NCBI RefSeq assembly: GCF_003991155.1
Contig: NZ_CP031297.1
Length of the DNA stretch: 64,000 nt
Source of the DNA: Escherichia coli
GTDB lineage: Bacteria > Pseudomonadota > Gammaproteobacteria > Enterobacterales > Enterobacteriaceae
Direction: 5' to 3' (one strand)
Under the pieces are notes generated by a model. The model worked only from the letters and a program-made list of their open reading frames with translations, was not told the DNA's origin and did no database searches. The position numbers and the translations under genes are program-made. This document shows, one piece after another, positions 44,316-53,949 of the stretch; the stretch's first letter is position 1, and the number at the start of each line of letters is the position of its first letter.

Positions 44316-45305
44316 ATGTCTGATAACAAATCTCTTGTAACCCGTATCGCAAGCCGGTTTGGCGTGGACACCCGAAAGTTCTATGAAACTTTGAAGGCGA
44401 CCGCATTCAAGCAGCGAGATGGAAGTGCCCCGACCGATGAGCAGATGATGACGCTCCTGATCGTGGCTGAACAGTACGGTTTGAACCCTTTCACTCGGGA
44501 AATCTATGCGTTTCCTGACAAGCAAAATGGGATCATTCCGGTAGTAGGTGTTGATGGTTGGAGCCGCATCATCAACGAGCATCCCCAGTATGATGGCGTC
44601 GAGTTCGTGTATTCGGACAAGATGGTCAGAATGCAGGGGGCGAAAGTTGACTGCCCTGAGTGGATTGAATGCGTGATTTACCGTAAGGACAGATCTCGCC
44701 CTATCCGCATCAAGGAGTTCATTGATGAGGTGTACCGTGAACCGTTTCAGGGTCAAGGTCGCAATGGTGCTTACACTGTTGATGGCCCCTGGCAAACGCA
44801 CACCAAGCGTCAACTCCGGCACAAGTCGCTGATCCAGTGTTCTCGTGTCGCATTTGGTTTCTCTGGTATTTATGACCAGGATGAAGCTGAACGCATCCGT
44901 GAAATGGAGCAGGCATCGGCCATTAACCCGGCTATTGCCAATCTCCCTTCACCATCTCAAGTTCAAAGCCAAGAGCCTTTGGCTATTGAGCACAAAGAGC
45001 TTGACCCGATCCTAACCAAACTCGCAAATCGCGCCATTGCTGAAAACGCATGGTCTGCGGCGCATGAGTATGTGAAGGGACGGTATGAAGGTTCGGAACT
45101 GCAATATGCGACTCAATTCCTTCGTGACAAGGAGATGGATCAAATGGAGCCTCCGAAACCTGACTACCAGGAAGCGCACGAGCAAGAGTCCGCCGCTGGT
45201 GGTTCTGCAAATGCTGAACCTGGTGCCGAAGAAATGCCGCCTTTGAGTGACGAGGACATGATCCCTGTTACAGAAGAGGAGGGCGCGGAAGGCAGTTACT
45301 ACTAA
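44316..45305 (+). CDS. recT: RecT/Red-beta-like single-strand annealing protein (tentative family assignment)
   Basis: ATG at 44316 with GGAGA SD; followed by YqaJ-type exonuclease; acidic C-terminus. Confidence 0.7.
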   Translation: MSDNKSLVTRIASRFGVDTRKFYETLKATAFKQRDGSAPTDEQMMTLLIVAEQYGLNPFTREIYAFPDKQNGIIPVVGVDGWSRIINEHPQYDGVEFVYSDKMVRMQGAKVDCPEWIECVIYRKDRSRPIRIKEFIDEVYREPFQGQGRNGAYTVDGPWQTHTKRQLRHKSLIQCSRVAFGFSGIYDQDEAERIREMEQASAINPAIANLPSPSQVQSQEPLAIEHKELDPILTKLANRAIAENAWSAAHEYVKGRYEGSELQYATQFLRDKEMDQMEPPKPDYQEAHEQESAAGGSANAEPGAEEMPPLSDEDMIPVTEEEGAEGSYY

Positions 45306-45346
45306 CCCCAACGGGGGGGACTCCCCCGCTGGGGGAGATCTCCCTC
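45303..45346 (+). repeat. Intercistronic GC-hairpin element, example 3
   Basis: CGGGGGG-act-CCCCCG hairpin then GGAGATCTCC palindrome. Confidence 0.6.
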
Positions 45347-45367
45347 CTAACCATTGGAGAGAGGTCC

Positions 45368-46378
45368 ATGAAAATAGTCAACCTATCGCAACGCGAGGAA
45401 GATTGGCTTGATTGGCGGCGTCAAGGTGTAACAGCCACTGACGCCGCTATCCTGCTCAATCGGTCTCCGTACAAAACACGATGGAGACTGTGGGCCGAGA
45501 AGACTGGGTATGCGCGTGAAGTCGATCTGAGTCTTAATCCGCTGGTTCGCCGGGGGATAGAAAACGAAGATGCTGCAAGACGCGCTTTCGAGGAGAAGTA
45601 TGATGACATGCTGCTCCCCGCCTGTGTCGAATCGGTTCAATACCCGCTCATGAGGGCCTCCCTGGATGGCCTGAGAGATAACGGGGAGCCCGTCGAGCTG
45701 AAAAGCCCGAGTGCGACTGTCTGGGAAGATGTTTGTGCTGAGAAAGCAAACAGCAAGGCATACCAGCTTTATTACCCGCAGGTGCAACACCAGCTCCTGG
45801 TAACGGGGGCCAAGCAAGGCTGGTTAGTCTTCTACTTTGAAGGTCAGATTCAGGAGTTTCCAATACTCCGAGACGAAGCCATGATTCAAGAAATCTTGGC
45901 CGAGGCTAAAAAGTTCTGGCAACAGGTAGTAGACAAGAAGGAGCCCGACAAAGATCCAGAGAGAGACCTGTACATACCGCAAGGTGAAGAGGTCAACCGT
46001 TGGATTGCTGCTGCTGAGGAATACCGCCTCTATGATGCAGAGATTCAGGAGCTGAAACAGCGACTGTCTGAGCTTCAAGAAAGGCAAAAGCCTCATCTCG
46101 ACACCATGAAGTCCCTCATGGGGGAATACTTCCATGCCGACTACTGCGGTGTGATGGTAACGAGATACAAAGCGGCTGGCCGGGTAGACTACAAAAAGCT
46201 GTTGGCTGATAAGGCGTCAGGCGTGAAGCCTGAGGATGTTGACCAGTACAGAGAGAAGTCATCAGAGCGGTGCCGTGTAACGGTTACTGGCTCTGTGAAG
46301 CCACGGTACATTGTTGATGAGGACGTGCTTGCTCCTCTTGATGATTTGCCGGAAGAAGTAGAGACGTTCTACTGGTGA
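45368..46378 (+). CDS. YqaJ-like recombination exonuclease
   Basis: N-terminal TATDAAILLNRSPYKTRWRLW pattern; 336 aa. Confidence 0.8.
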   Translation: MKIVNLSQREEDWLDWRRQGVTATDAAILLNRSPYKTRWRLWAEKTGYAREVDLSLNPLVRRGIENEDAARRAFEEKYDDMLLPACVESVQYPLMRASLDGLRDNGEPVELKSPSATVWEDVCAEKANSKAYQLYYPQVQHQLLVTGAKQGWLVFYFEGQIQEFPILRDEAMIQEILAEAKKFWQQVVDKKEPDKDPERDLYIPQGEEVNRWIAAAEEYRLYDAEIQELKQRLSELQERQKPHLDTMKSLMGEYFHADYCGVMVTRYKAAGRVDYKKLLADKASGVKPEDVDQYREKSSERCRVTVTGSVKPRYIVDEDVLAPLDDLPEEVETFYW

Positions 46379-46435
46379 GTGGGGGATTTTCCCCCGCTTT
46401 CCCTTGGGGATTCTGGGAGTCTCCAACGGAAAGCA

Positions 46436-46495
46436 AGATTTTGTTCTCTTCGGAGAGCGAAAAGTGCGATAGCTGGTCGCCAAAAACAAACAGCA
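46436..46495 (+). promoter_or_regulatory. Leader element C, copy 3 (identical to copy 2)
   Basis: 121-bp identity with 41601..41721. Confidence 0.5.
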
Positions 46496-46577
46496 AATTA
46501 ACGTTAATTTACTAGCCCAACCGGGCGCATCCGCCCGGTTCGGGACGTGGTGCGCCCCCAACTTTTTGGAGTGCATC

Positions 46578-47855
46578 ATGACTAAAGTGAACCATCTACA
46601 AAGCCTCTGTGTTATCCACGTAGACTTTGACATCTGGAGTGGACAAACCCGTTTGTCTGCATCTGATCTCAAGCTGGGCGAGGGTGGTGAAATTCCACCT
46701 GAGAAAGTAGCTCAACTGGGAAGTAAGAAGATCTGTGATCCGGCTAAGCTGAAAGGCTTTCATCGCCTGAAAACAGAAACTCGTCGCCTCCTGCTGAAAT
46801 TCGGTATGCCGTTCATGAACGGATTTGCCGTACCCGTCAGCAAGACCGATGAAATCTGTAACAAGCTGAATGACATCAACTTTCAGTTTAACCAACTGAA
46901 ACAGGATTTCATCAAAGGTTACAACAAAGCCGTGGATGAATGGTGTCAGGAGAACCCTGAGTATGAACGAGCTATCCGTGCCGGAGCCCTTCCAAAGGAA
47001 ACGGTCGAGGAGCGGATTGGCTTTGAGTACCAGGTGTTCATGATCCAGCCTGTGAACGAAGATGAGGCCAACGCCAAACGCCTTAACCGCAAGGTTGAGC
47101 GCCTGGGTGACGATCTCATCTCCGAAGTGGTTCAGGAAGCGAATAAGTTCTATATGGAACGTTTGGCCGGTCGAGACCAATGTGCGGTCACTACTCGGCA
47201 GACACTCCGTAACATCCGCGACAAGGTGGATGGGCTTAGCTTCCTGAACAGCGCTTTTAACCCTCTGGTCAAGCTGCTCGACCAAACCCTCCGGGGATAC
47301 GAGCAACATGCCGATGGCCGAAACATCGTTGCGCCTTTCTTTTATCAGGTCGTGGCCGCAGTGCTGATCATGAGCGAGAGGGACCGCATCGAGCAGTATG
47401 CCAATGGCTCGATTACTGTAGAGGGCATGGCTAATGACATTGGCGGTTCGGGAGCCCAGATGGGGGACCGTTCTAAAGATGAAAAGGCCGAACAGAAAAG
47501 CGATAAAGCCGGTGAGCTTATCCCTGCAACAGAGGGTGGCGAAACCAAGCAGCAACAGGTAGGTGGTACTGAATCTGTTCAATCAGAACAGACTAACAGC
47601 GGTGGTAACTCTGTTGACCTGGATGAAGACATCGACAACTTCTTCAAGAGTTTTGCAGAACGAGGCGAGGGTGAATCGGAAGATGAATCCAATGCCGGTG
47701 ATGTGGTTCGAGAAGAGCGTGTTGATGTTGAGGATGAGCTGGTTTTGCCTGAGGAAACTCCGGTAGAGCAAGAGCCTGTCCAAGAGGAGACGACAGAGGA
47801 GCCTCTCAACCAGGAGCTGCCTAAAACTGACGACGATGGCGACTATTTCTTCTAA
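46578..47855 (+). CDS. Hypothetical protein with acidic C-terminal tail
   Basis: ATG at 46578 with GGAG SD; 425 aa. Confidence 0.8.
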   Translation: MTKVNHLQSLCVIHVDFDIWSGQTRLSASDLKLGEGGEIPPEKVAQLGSKKICDPAKLKGFHRLKTETRRLLLKFGMPFMNGFAVPVSKTDEICNKLNDINFQFNQLKQDFIKGYNKAVDEWCQENPEYERAIRAGALPKETVEERIGFEYQVFMIQPVNEDEANAKRLNRKVERLGDDLISEVVQEANKFYMERLAGRDQCAVTTRQTLRNIRDKVDGLSFLNSAFNPLVKLLDQTLRGYEQHADGRNIVAPFFYQVVAAVLIMSERDRIEQYANGSITVEGMANDIGGSGAQMGDRSKDEKAEQKSDKAGELIPATEGGETKQQQVGGTESVQSEQTNSGGNSVDLDEDIDNFFKSFAERGEGESEDESNAGDVVREERVDVEDELVLPEETPVEQEPVQEETTEEPLNQELPKTDDDGDYFF

Positions 47856-47939
47856 TAGTCACTTCAACTAAACCGACCCGGAGGGGATAGCCATTCCCTC
47901 CAGGGGTGGACTATCTCCTTCCCTACCAGGAGAAAAGAT

Positions 47940-49736
47940 ATGTCCAAAAAACGCACCATTTACAGCGCTCTACCAATCGTGGCCGCAGCCTATGGTGAAA
48001 AACTCGGTGTCAAAGTCGCCATCGGTAACGATGACGCATACACCGATGGTAAGACCATCGTGGTTCCGAATATCCCCGACGACTATCCTCACATGGATGC
48101 TGTCTGGGGGTATTTGGCCCATGAAGCAGCCCATGTCCGGTTTACGGACTTTGGTGTTGAGCGCCGCAGAGGTCTTCATGCTGAGTTGTCCAACGTTTTG
48201 GAGGACTGCCGCATAGAACGGGCCATGATGGAACTCTTCCCCGGTACGTCGCAGACCCTGAATGAGGTTGCTCGCTATATGGCTCAAGCTGGTCATTACG
48301 AGCACGTCACAGACAAAGAGGCCCCTGCCTCCATTCTGACAGGGTTTTGTTTGTACTGGTTGCAAACCAAGGCTGTAGGGCAATCCGTCCTTCAACCCTA
48401 TCTCGATTCGGCTACCCCCGTATTCGAGCGCGTGTTCCCTCAGGGTGTTGTTGTTCGGCTGAACGCTTTACTGCGTAAGGCTGTGAACACTAAGTCAACC
48501 GCAGAGGTGACATCCTTGGCCGACCAAATCATCAAGATGATCGAGGAGGAAAAGGAGAAAGAAGAGCAAAAGCCCCAGAATGGTCAGGATGGTAACAACC
48601 AGCAGAATGCTGGTGGCAACCAACCTCAGAACAGTCAGGGCGGAAGTGGTAACGATCAAAACCAAGGGCCTGATGCCAATGGTGGTGATCAGCAAGGTAA
48701 AGACCAGAAGCAAGACGATGCTAACGGGAAATCTGATCCGAAAGGACAGGGCGACCAAGGCAAGTCGGATACTGATGGTGGCAGCAAGGCAGGACAAAGC
48801 CAGGCTGGTGGCAATTCTGACGCGGCGAAACAAGACGCGGCCAAAATGCTCCAGCAGGTTCTGAATGCCGGTGCCGGTGATTTGCGTGGTGACGCGCATG
48901 ATGCACTTAAAGCCGAGCTCAACCGGGTGGCTCAAGATAAGGGGGACAGTAGCTATATGACTGTTCGCTCTGCTGTGAACACCCAGGACAACCCTGCTGT
49001 TGGCAAAAGCCTGGTAGGGGATGTGAAGAGCACCACTTCAAAGATAAGAACGCAGCTCTACGGATTGGTCCAGGCCAGCCAGCGAGTTGCTCACCGTAAC
49101 CAACGATCAGGGAAGCGTGTGGATGCTCGGAAACTACATCGTGTAGTGACGGGTGATACCCGCGTATTCCTCAAGCCAGAAGCCAAGAAACGCCCTAATA
49201 CGGCGGTTCACATCCTGGTTGATATGAGCTCCTCGATGGCCTACAAGGCCGCCAATGGAAAGGAGCGTCAAGACATTGCGCGGGAAGCGTCCTTGGCTAT
49301 TTCGATGGCTCTGGAAGCAATACCCGGCGTAAACCCGGCAGTCACCTTTTTTGGTGGCAACCGGAACCAGCCAGTGTTCAGTGTCGTGAAGCATGGAGAT
49401 ACGGTTCAGAATCGGGCCGGTCGGTTTGGGTTCAAAGCAACTGGCGGTACGCCTATGGCGGAAGCTATGTGGTATGCAGCTTTTGAACTCACCAAGACCC
49501 GTGAAGAGCGAAAAATGTTGATCGTAGTGACTGACGGGCAGCCTCAAAGAGCCCCGGCATGTCGCTCAGTGATTGACCTCTGTGAACGAAGCGATGTTGA
49601 GGTGATCGGCATAGGGGTAGAGACTACCGCAGTGTCAGGACTGTTCCAAAAGAACATTGTCATTGATGATGCGGCAGCTCTGCAACGCACACTGTTTAAG
49701 TTGATGGAGCGGTCATTGACTGCTTTTGCAGCTTAA
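47940..49736 (+). CDS. VWA-domain protein, CobT-like architecture (N-domain, Gln/Gly/Asp-rich linker, C-terminal VWA)
   Basis: MIDAS motif VDMSSSM, then GGTPM and VTDGQP. Confidence 0.85.
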   Translation: MSKKRTIYSALPIVAAAYGEKLGVKVAIGNDDAYTDGKTIVVPNIPDDYPHMDAVWGYLAHEAAHVRFTDFGVERRRGLHAELSNVLEDCRIERAMMELFPGTSQTLNEVARYMAQAGHYEHVTDKEAPASILTGFCLYWLQTKAVGQSVLQPYLDSATPVFERVFPQGVVVRLNALLRKAVNTKSTAEVTSLADQIIKMIEEEKEKEEQKPQNGQDGNNQQNAGGNQPQNSQGGSGNDQNQGPDANGGDQQGKDQKQDDANGKSDPKGQGDQGKSDTDGGSKAGQSQAGGNSDAAKQDAAKMLQQVLNAGAGDLRGDAHDALKAELNRVAQDKGDSSYMTVRSAVNTQDNPAVGKSLVGDVKSTTSKIRTQLYGLVQASQRVAHRNQRSGKRVDARKLHRVVTGDTRVFLKPEAKKRPNTAVHILVDMSSSMAYKAANGKERQDIAREASLAISMALEAIPGVNPAVTFFGGNRNQPVFSVVKHGDTVQNRAGRFGFKATGGTPMAEAMWYAAFELTKTREERKMLIVVTDGQPQRAPACRSVIDLCERSDVEVIGIGVETTAVSGLFQKNIVIDDAAALQRTLFKLMERSLTAFAA

Positions 49737-49753
49737 CAGGAAGTGAAACGACA

Positions 49754-49787
49754 AACGGCTATCCCTTCGGGGGTGGCCGTTTTTATT
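49754..49787 (+). terminator. Possible intrinsic terminator
   Basis: ACGGC...GCCGT stem with inner CCCTTCGGGG, followed by TTTTTATTT. Confidence 0.4.
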
Positions 49788-49797
49788 TGGAGAGTCT

Positions 49798-50133
49798 ATG
49801 AACCAATTCCATTCATCTTTGGATTTGTATCATCGGAACAAAGGTAGAAGGGCTACAGTGCCGGAGACGCCTTTTTTACTGCTTGCTAAGCGCATTCCTC
49901 CGATGTACTGGAGACTGTTCCAGGGTGTTACTTTGGATAGTCGTATGGGATACACAGGCAGGCGGCAGTTCCACCGTCTTGGGCAAGCAATCGACTGGGC
50001 AAAGTCATCAGTTGGCGATTCCTGGTCAAATAAGCGCTTTCACAAGCCGGTAGGCCTCGATGTATTGCTGGCCTGTACTGCGAGTAAGGTGCCTGAACAT
50101 CTGGTCGAAGAACTGAAAAGACGGGGCAGTTGA
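49798..50133 (+). CDS. Hypothetical protein
   Basis: GGAGA SD; 111 aa. Confidence 0.7.
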   Translation: MNQFHSSLDLYHRNKGRRATVPETPFLLLAKRIPPMYWRLFQGVTLDSRMGYTGRRQFHRLGQAIDWAKSSVGDSWSNKRFHKPVGLDVLLACTASKVPEHLVEELKRRGS

Positions 50134-50145
50134 TGCGTCTTTGAG

Positions 50146-50178
50146 CTTTGCACCCGAAAAGGGCAGTTTGAGCGTTCC
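50146..50178 (+). promoter_or_regulatory. Motif B (GCACCC-GAAAA-GGGC ... TTTGAGCG), copy 7
   Basis: Stem GCCC/GGGC with GAAAA loop. Confidence 0.4.
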
Positions 50179-50267
50179 TGTTCACACAGCTCTCGTGGAA
50201 CAATCAAAGTGAGGAGGGAATACCCTCCCACTTTCTCAGAGGCCTTCATTGAGGGTTGCTGAGAAAG

Positions 50268-50327
50268 TGAATTTTGTCCTCTCTGAGGGCGAAACGTGCG
50301 ATAGCTGGTCGCCAAAAACAAACAGCA
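50268..50327 (+). promoter_or_regulatory. Leader element C, copy 4
   Basis: CCTCTCTGAGGG hairpin, GCGATAGCTGGTCGC hairpin, CAAAAACAAACAGCA. Confidence 0.5.
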
Positions 50328-50397
50328 TTCAACCTCAGCCTAAGGGCGCACTGCGCCTGACAGGCTCTGTGTGCCCAAGTTACTTTAAGGAGCACAC

Positions 50398-50937
50398 ATG
50401 TCTCATCTGAACAATCTCAAATCCGTAATGATCTCTCTCGCCGCCGAACATAAGCTGCCTGAAATCTACCAGGATGACATCACTACCGATGTGGAGTCTC
50501 TGGATCGATTCGATGGTTTACGTCTGGTCTGGCTGTTGCGGTCTTGCGGCAGCGTATTGGTGCCAGCGGAAGTTGGCGTTAATCCGATCTATATCACCCA
50601 TTGGTTGTGGTCTAACCACGGTCAACAGGTGGTTCCATTCTCTGTGGATACCCGCACGGGGTTGATTGAAAAAATCGACTTCGAGCAAGCTGAAAAGCTG
50701 ATCATGCAGATGCCTTGCAACCTCTCTTCATTGCAGAACAAGGAATACTTGGTTGACCAGGTAAACCGAGTATTGCAACGAGGTTGTGAAATGCGTATCT
50801 GGGGTATCTTCGAGTCTCCAAGCTCGGTGGAATCCGTTGGTGGTTGGAAAGAGTGGCAGAGCTATTTCAGCTCTACTGGGAATCGACTGATGGCCGATTT
50901 CGTTGGTAAAGCCATTCGATTCACCAACCCTCGATAA
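50398..50937 (+). CDS. Hypothetical protein
   Basis: AAGGAG SD; 179 aa. Confidence 0.75.
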   Translation: MSHLNNLKSVMISLAAEHKLPEIYQDDITTDVESLDRFDGLRLVWLLRSCGSVLVPAEVGVNPIYITHWLWSNHGQQVVPFSVDTRTGLIEKIDFEQAEKLIMQMPCNLSSLQNKEYLVDQVNRVLQRGCEMRIWGIFESPSSVESVGGWKEWQSYFSSTGNRLMADFVGKAIRFTNPR

Positions 50938-51027
50938 ATCGCCGTTCAACCATTAACCCTAATTAACCCTATGGGGCTCCGATAGCCCTGAGGGGACGGG
51001 GCTCCGCAATCGCAATAAGGAGTCCCT

Positions 51028-51528
51028 ATGAAAAACCTATCAGCTTTGGAAGCAGTTCTTGACTACGACAAACCTTCTCGACGTTTTCTTGATGAGCTCA
51101 ACGAAAACCAGATGAAGGATTTGTCCGGGGAAATCTTCGCCAAGCTCTACTGGAGCAAGCGTAATCCCCAGTGGTACGAGAAAGACACCAATCGGCTGTT
51201 TGCACGACTTCGTTGGGTTCAGCGCATCATCAAGAAGCGCTTGAAAACCGGCAAGGTTAAACCTGAACTGACAGAAAATGGTTCAGTGATGGAGCGCTTC
51301 AACTTCCCTTATGGTGACACTCTCGATTTCTTCCATCGGTACTTGCGACATCCCAAATGGGAGGTTGTGTATCAAGAATCGGGGTGCAGTGCCTTTTGGA
51401 AAAATGAAGCAACGCTTGAGCTATGCACCTACTGCGAAGGTGATGTGGTCATGATGAAGGCTCCTGATGAAGCAACCTTCTTTCGTGATTGCAATCGCCT
51501 TAGCTGGTGGTATGCAGATAACGCTTGA
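51028..51528 (+). CDS. Hypothetical protein
   Basis: AAGGAG SD; 166 aa. Confidence 0.75.
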   Translation: MKNLSALEAVLDYDKPSRRFLDELNENQMKDLSGEIFAKLYWSKRNPQWYEKDTNRLFARLRWVQRIIKKRLKTGKVKPELTENGSVMERFNFPYGDTLDFFHRYLRHPKWEVVYQESGCSAFWKNEATLELCTYCEGDVVMMKAPDEATFFRDCNRLSWWYADNA

Positions 51529-51601
51529 TCTTAATCCCTAACCAGGGGCGAACCGGCCCCTGATGGGAGCATGGTGCGCCCCATCTATGATGGAGGACGC
51601 C

Positions 51602-52486
51602 ATGTTCAAATCATCAGTATGCTCCTACGAAAACAGGGGGCCTTACGGAAACAACAAGTACCGAGGCAACTGCTCGGGCTTTATCGTTAAAGACTTCATT
51701 GAGTCTTACATGAGAAAGCCGAACGGGCTGGTGGCAGACCCAAGTGTTGGGGGTGGCTCTAGCATCGACGTTGCCAATGAACTTGGTGTCCGTTTCAAAG
51801 GGACAGACTTGCATCAGGGGTTCAACCTGTTGCGGGATGACTTCCTTTCGTTCCTCGGAGAGCCTGCACACCTGATCTGGTGGCACCCTCCTTACTGGGA
51901 CATGATCCAGTATTCAGGTAAGCAGTGGGGCGAGCCCAACAAATGGGATATGAGCCGCATGAATTTGCCTGAGTTCGTTGAAGCCCTTGAGCTGGCCGTT
52001 ATGAATATTCATGACGCCTGTGAGCGAGGAGGGCATTACGGAATCCTCATGGGAAACCTGAGGCGCGATGGGGATTATTTCAACCTGTCCAGCCTTGTGG
52101 AACGTATCGCACCTGGGAAGCTGGTGGATGAGATCATCAAAACACAGCACAACTGTGTGAGTGACCGAACTCAGTATTCCGGGAAGCTGGTGCGTATCGC
52201 CCATGAAAAGCTGTTGGTGTTTCGTCGTAACGACGTTGCCTCATCGCTCTGTCTTCTTGCTGCCGTACACCGTCGAGCAACCAATATGGTTTCGACTACG
52301 TGGAAAGCTGCAATACGCCGAACCCTACAGGGGAAAACGTTGAAGCTGGAGCAGATTTACAAAGAGATTGAACCCTACGCAAAGCATCGAGAGAACAACC
52401 ACTGGCAAGCAAAGGTCAGGCAAGTTCTTCAAGATGCCAGGTTCTTTATTCGCATCGAGGTAGGTGTCTATGCACTTGCTGAGTAG
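51602..52486 (+). CDS. Putative DNA methyltransferase (motif I-like ADPSVGGGSS, motif IV-like HPPY)
   Basis: ATG at 51602 with GGAGGA SD; motif order I then IV about 50 aa apart. Confidence 0.65.
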   Translation: MFKSSVCSYENRGPYGNNKYRGNCSGFIVKDFIESYMRKPNGLVADPSVGGGSSIDVANELGVRFKGTDLHQGFNLLRDDFLSFLGEPAHLIWWHPPYWDMIQYSGKQWGEPNKWDMSRMNLPEFVEALELAVMNIHDACERGGHYGILMGNLRRDGDYFNLSSLVERIAPGKLVDEIIKTQHNCVSDRTQYSGKLVRIAHEKLLVFRRNDVASSLCLLAAVHRRATNMVSTTWKAAIRRTLQGKTLKLEQIYKEIEPYAKHRENNHWQAKVRQVLQDARFFIRIEVGVYALAE

Positions 52487-52551
52487 CCCAACCGGGGCGT
52501 GACATCCCGGAGGGGATTGGTCGCGCTCATCAACAACAAAGGAGCGTGACC

Positions 52552-52776
52552 ATGAACGTACAACTTCAAGCCAGCAACAATGTGCTGTTGGCGCAAATCG
52601 AAAGCAAAGGCCTCACTGTTGAAACGCATTGTCGCAGTGGCTTTTGTGGCATGTGCCGGGTTCGTCTACTCGAAGGTCAAGTGGCTTATGACGAGACGCC
52701 CATCGCATTTGTCAAAGAAGGGGAAGTGTTGGTTTGCTGCGCTAAAGCAAAAACCGATGTGACCTTGGAAATTTAA
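52552..52776 (+). CDS. YfaE-like 2Fe-2S ferredoxin
   Basis: 74 aa; C-x4-C-x2-C ... C pattern (HCRSGFCGMCRVRL...VLVCCAK). Confidence 0.8.
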   Translation: MNVQLQASNNVLLAQIESKGLTVETHCRSGFCGMCRVRLLEGQVAYDETPIAFVKEGEVLVCCAKAKTDVTLEI

Positions 52777-52837
52777 CCCATCCGGAGGAGCCTTTCCTGC
52801 GGGTGGGGCTCCTCTATCCATTACGAGGAGAAACACT

Positions 52838-53227
52838 ATGTCTATCAATACCAAAGTTGAACAAATCGCATACGGTCATGCTACCGCTCTAGTGCTCAGT
52901 GAACTGGGCCAACAAGAGAATTGGTGCAAGGCTTATGAGTATTTGTCTGAGTGTGTAGAACGGGGAGACGAACCTGAGGATCTGGTCGTTTGGCAACCGT
53001 TTGAGCACTGGGAATGGAAAGACATTCTGGAGCAGATCGAGAGCGAAGCCGAGTCTCTGCTTTCGACTATTAAGTCGGTTTTAGGCTTGGCCCACAAAGG
53101 CATCATTCAGTCAGCAATTGACTGCTCTCTGGATTCGGACATGACCCAGCTTGACCTGATTGGAATGGTCGAGCTCGGAAGTGAAATCGAAGATGGGGAG
53201 TGTGCTGGAGGTGGCTATGCAGCTTAA
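52838..53227 (+). CDS. Small highly acidic protein
   Basis: GAGGAGA SD; about 20% Asp+Glu. Confidence 0.7.
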   Translation: MSINTKVEQIAYGHATALVLSELGQQENWCKAYEYLSECVERGDEPEDLVVWQPFEHWEWKDILEQIESEAESLLSTIKSVLGLAHKGIIQSAIDCSLDSDMTQLDLIGMVELGSEIEDGECAGGGYAA

Positions 53228-53669
53228 CCGATACACGGCCAGGGAGTCTGACAAAAGTCGGATACTTCGGACCATAGGCTGGTGCAAGCGCAACCACCTT
53301 ACACTTGCCGGTCTTCCATACGAGGACAATCTTGCAGGAAGTGATGGGATCAGCATAGAGATCATCACTCCTCCTGGTATGTCGCGGGAAATGTTGGAGC
53401 AAGCCGTCAGAGAGGGGTATTCAGAGCGAGATGTCGTAAGGCATCGCATTCTGGAGTGCCCTGTCGGTTGGTTCATGGAAGCTGATGGCAAGGCATTTGA
53501 TCATGAAGTGTTCCACGATTACGTGGTGGCTCATGGTTATGGCGAACCTTCCAGCGAAGCCTATGAGCTGGCGGAGCGGTGGTTCTGGCAGGGCAACGAT
53601 TATGCGTTGATAGCTGCGGAAATAGTTGCTCGTGATCTTTGTGTTCGTGATGACGAAGATGAGGACTGA
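53217..53669 (+). CDS. Hypothetical acidic protein
   Basis: ATG at 53217 with GGAGG SD; C-terminal DDEDED. Confidence 0.7.
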   Translation: MQLNRYTARESDKSRILRTIGWCKRNHLTLAGLPYEDNLAGSDGISIEIITPPGMSREMLEQAVREGYSERDVVRHRILECPVGWFMEADGKAFDHEVFHDYVVAHGYGEPSSEAYELAERWFWQGNDYALIAAEIVARDLCVRDDEDED

Positions 53670-53673
53670 TCCT

Positions 53674-53949
53674 ATGGATGCTGTAGCGCATATAGCAGCA
53701 GATAACCTTGTACCGGCATGTGGAGGTGCAGAGAAGCCGTTTACCGTTAGTGGTAGACAGTGGCTTTACTGCTATCACCCAGCCAGTGGGAGGCACTGCT
53801 ACTTAGACCTCGATAATGACCGTCCAGTCTGGCATCGAGGATTTCATCCTGCTTTTCATCCTGAGCTTGAGTTCGCTGATGAAGCTGAGTTGCTTCGACC
53901 AGTTGAGCGAAAGCCTGACCATGAAGAGCTGGAGGATTTTTACTTTTAA
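53674..53949 (+). CDS. Small hypothetical protein
   Basis: ATG at 53674 with GAGGA SD. Confidence 0.6.
   Translation: MDAVAHIAADNLVPACGGAEKPFTVSGRQWLYCYHPASGRHCYLDLDNDRPVWHRGFHPAFHPELEFADEAELLRPVERKPDHEELEDFYF

Noticed and set aside
46596-47582. 328-aa minus-strand ORF antisense to 46578..47855
   Set aside because: Leu-rich composition typical of antisense frames, no SD; the plus-strand frame has balanced composition and sits behind a conserved leader.
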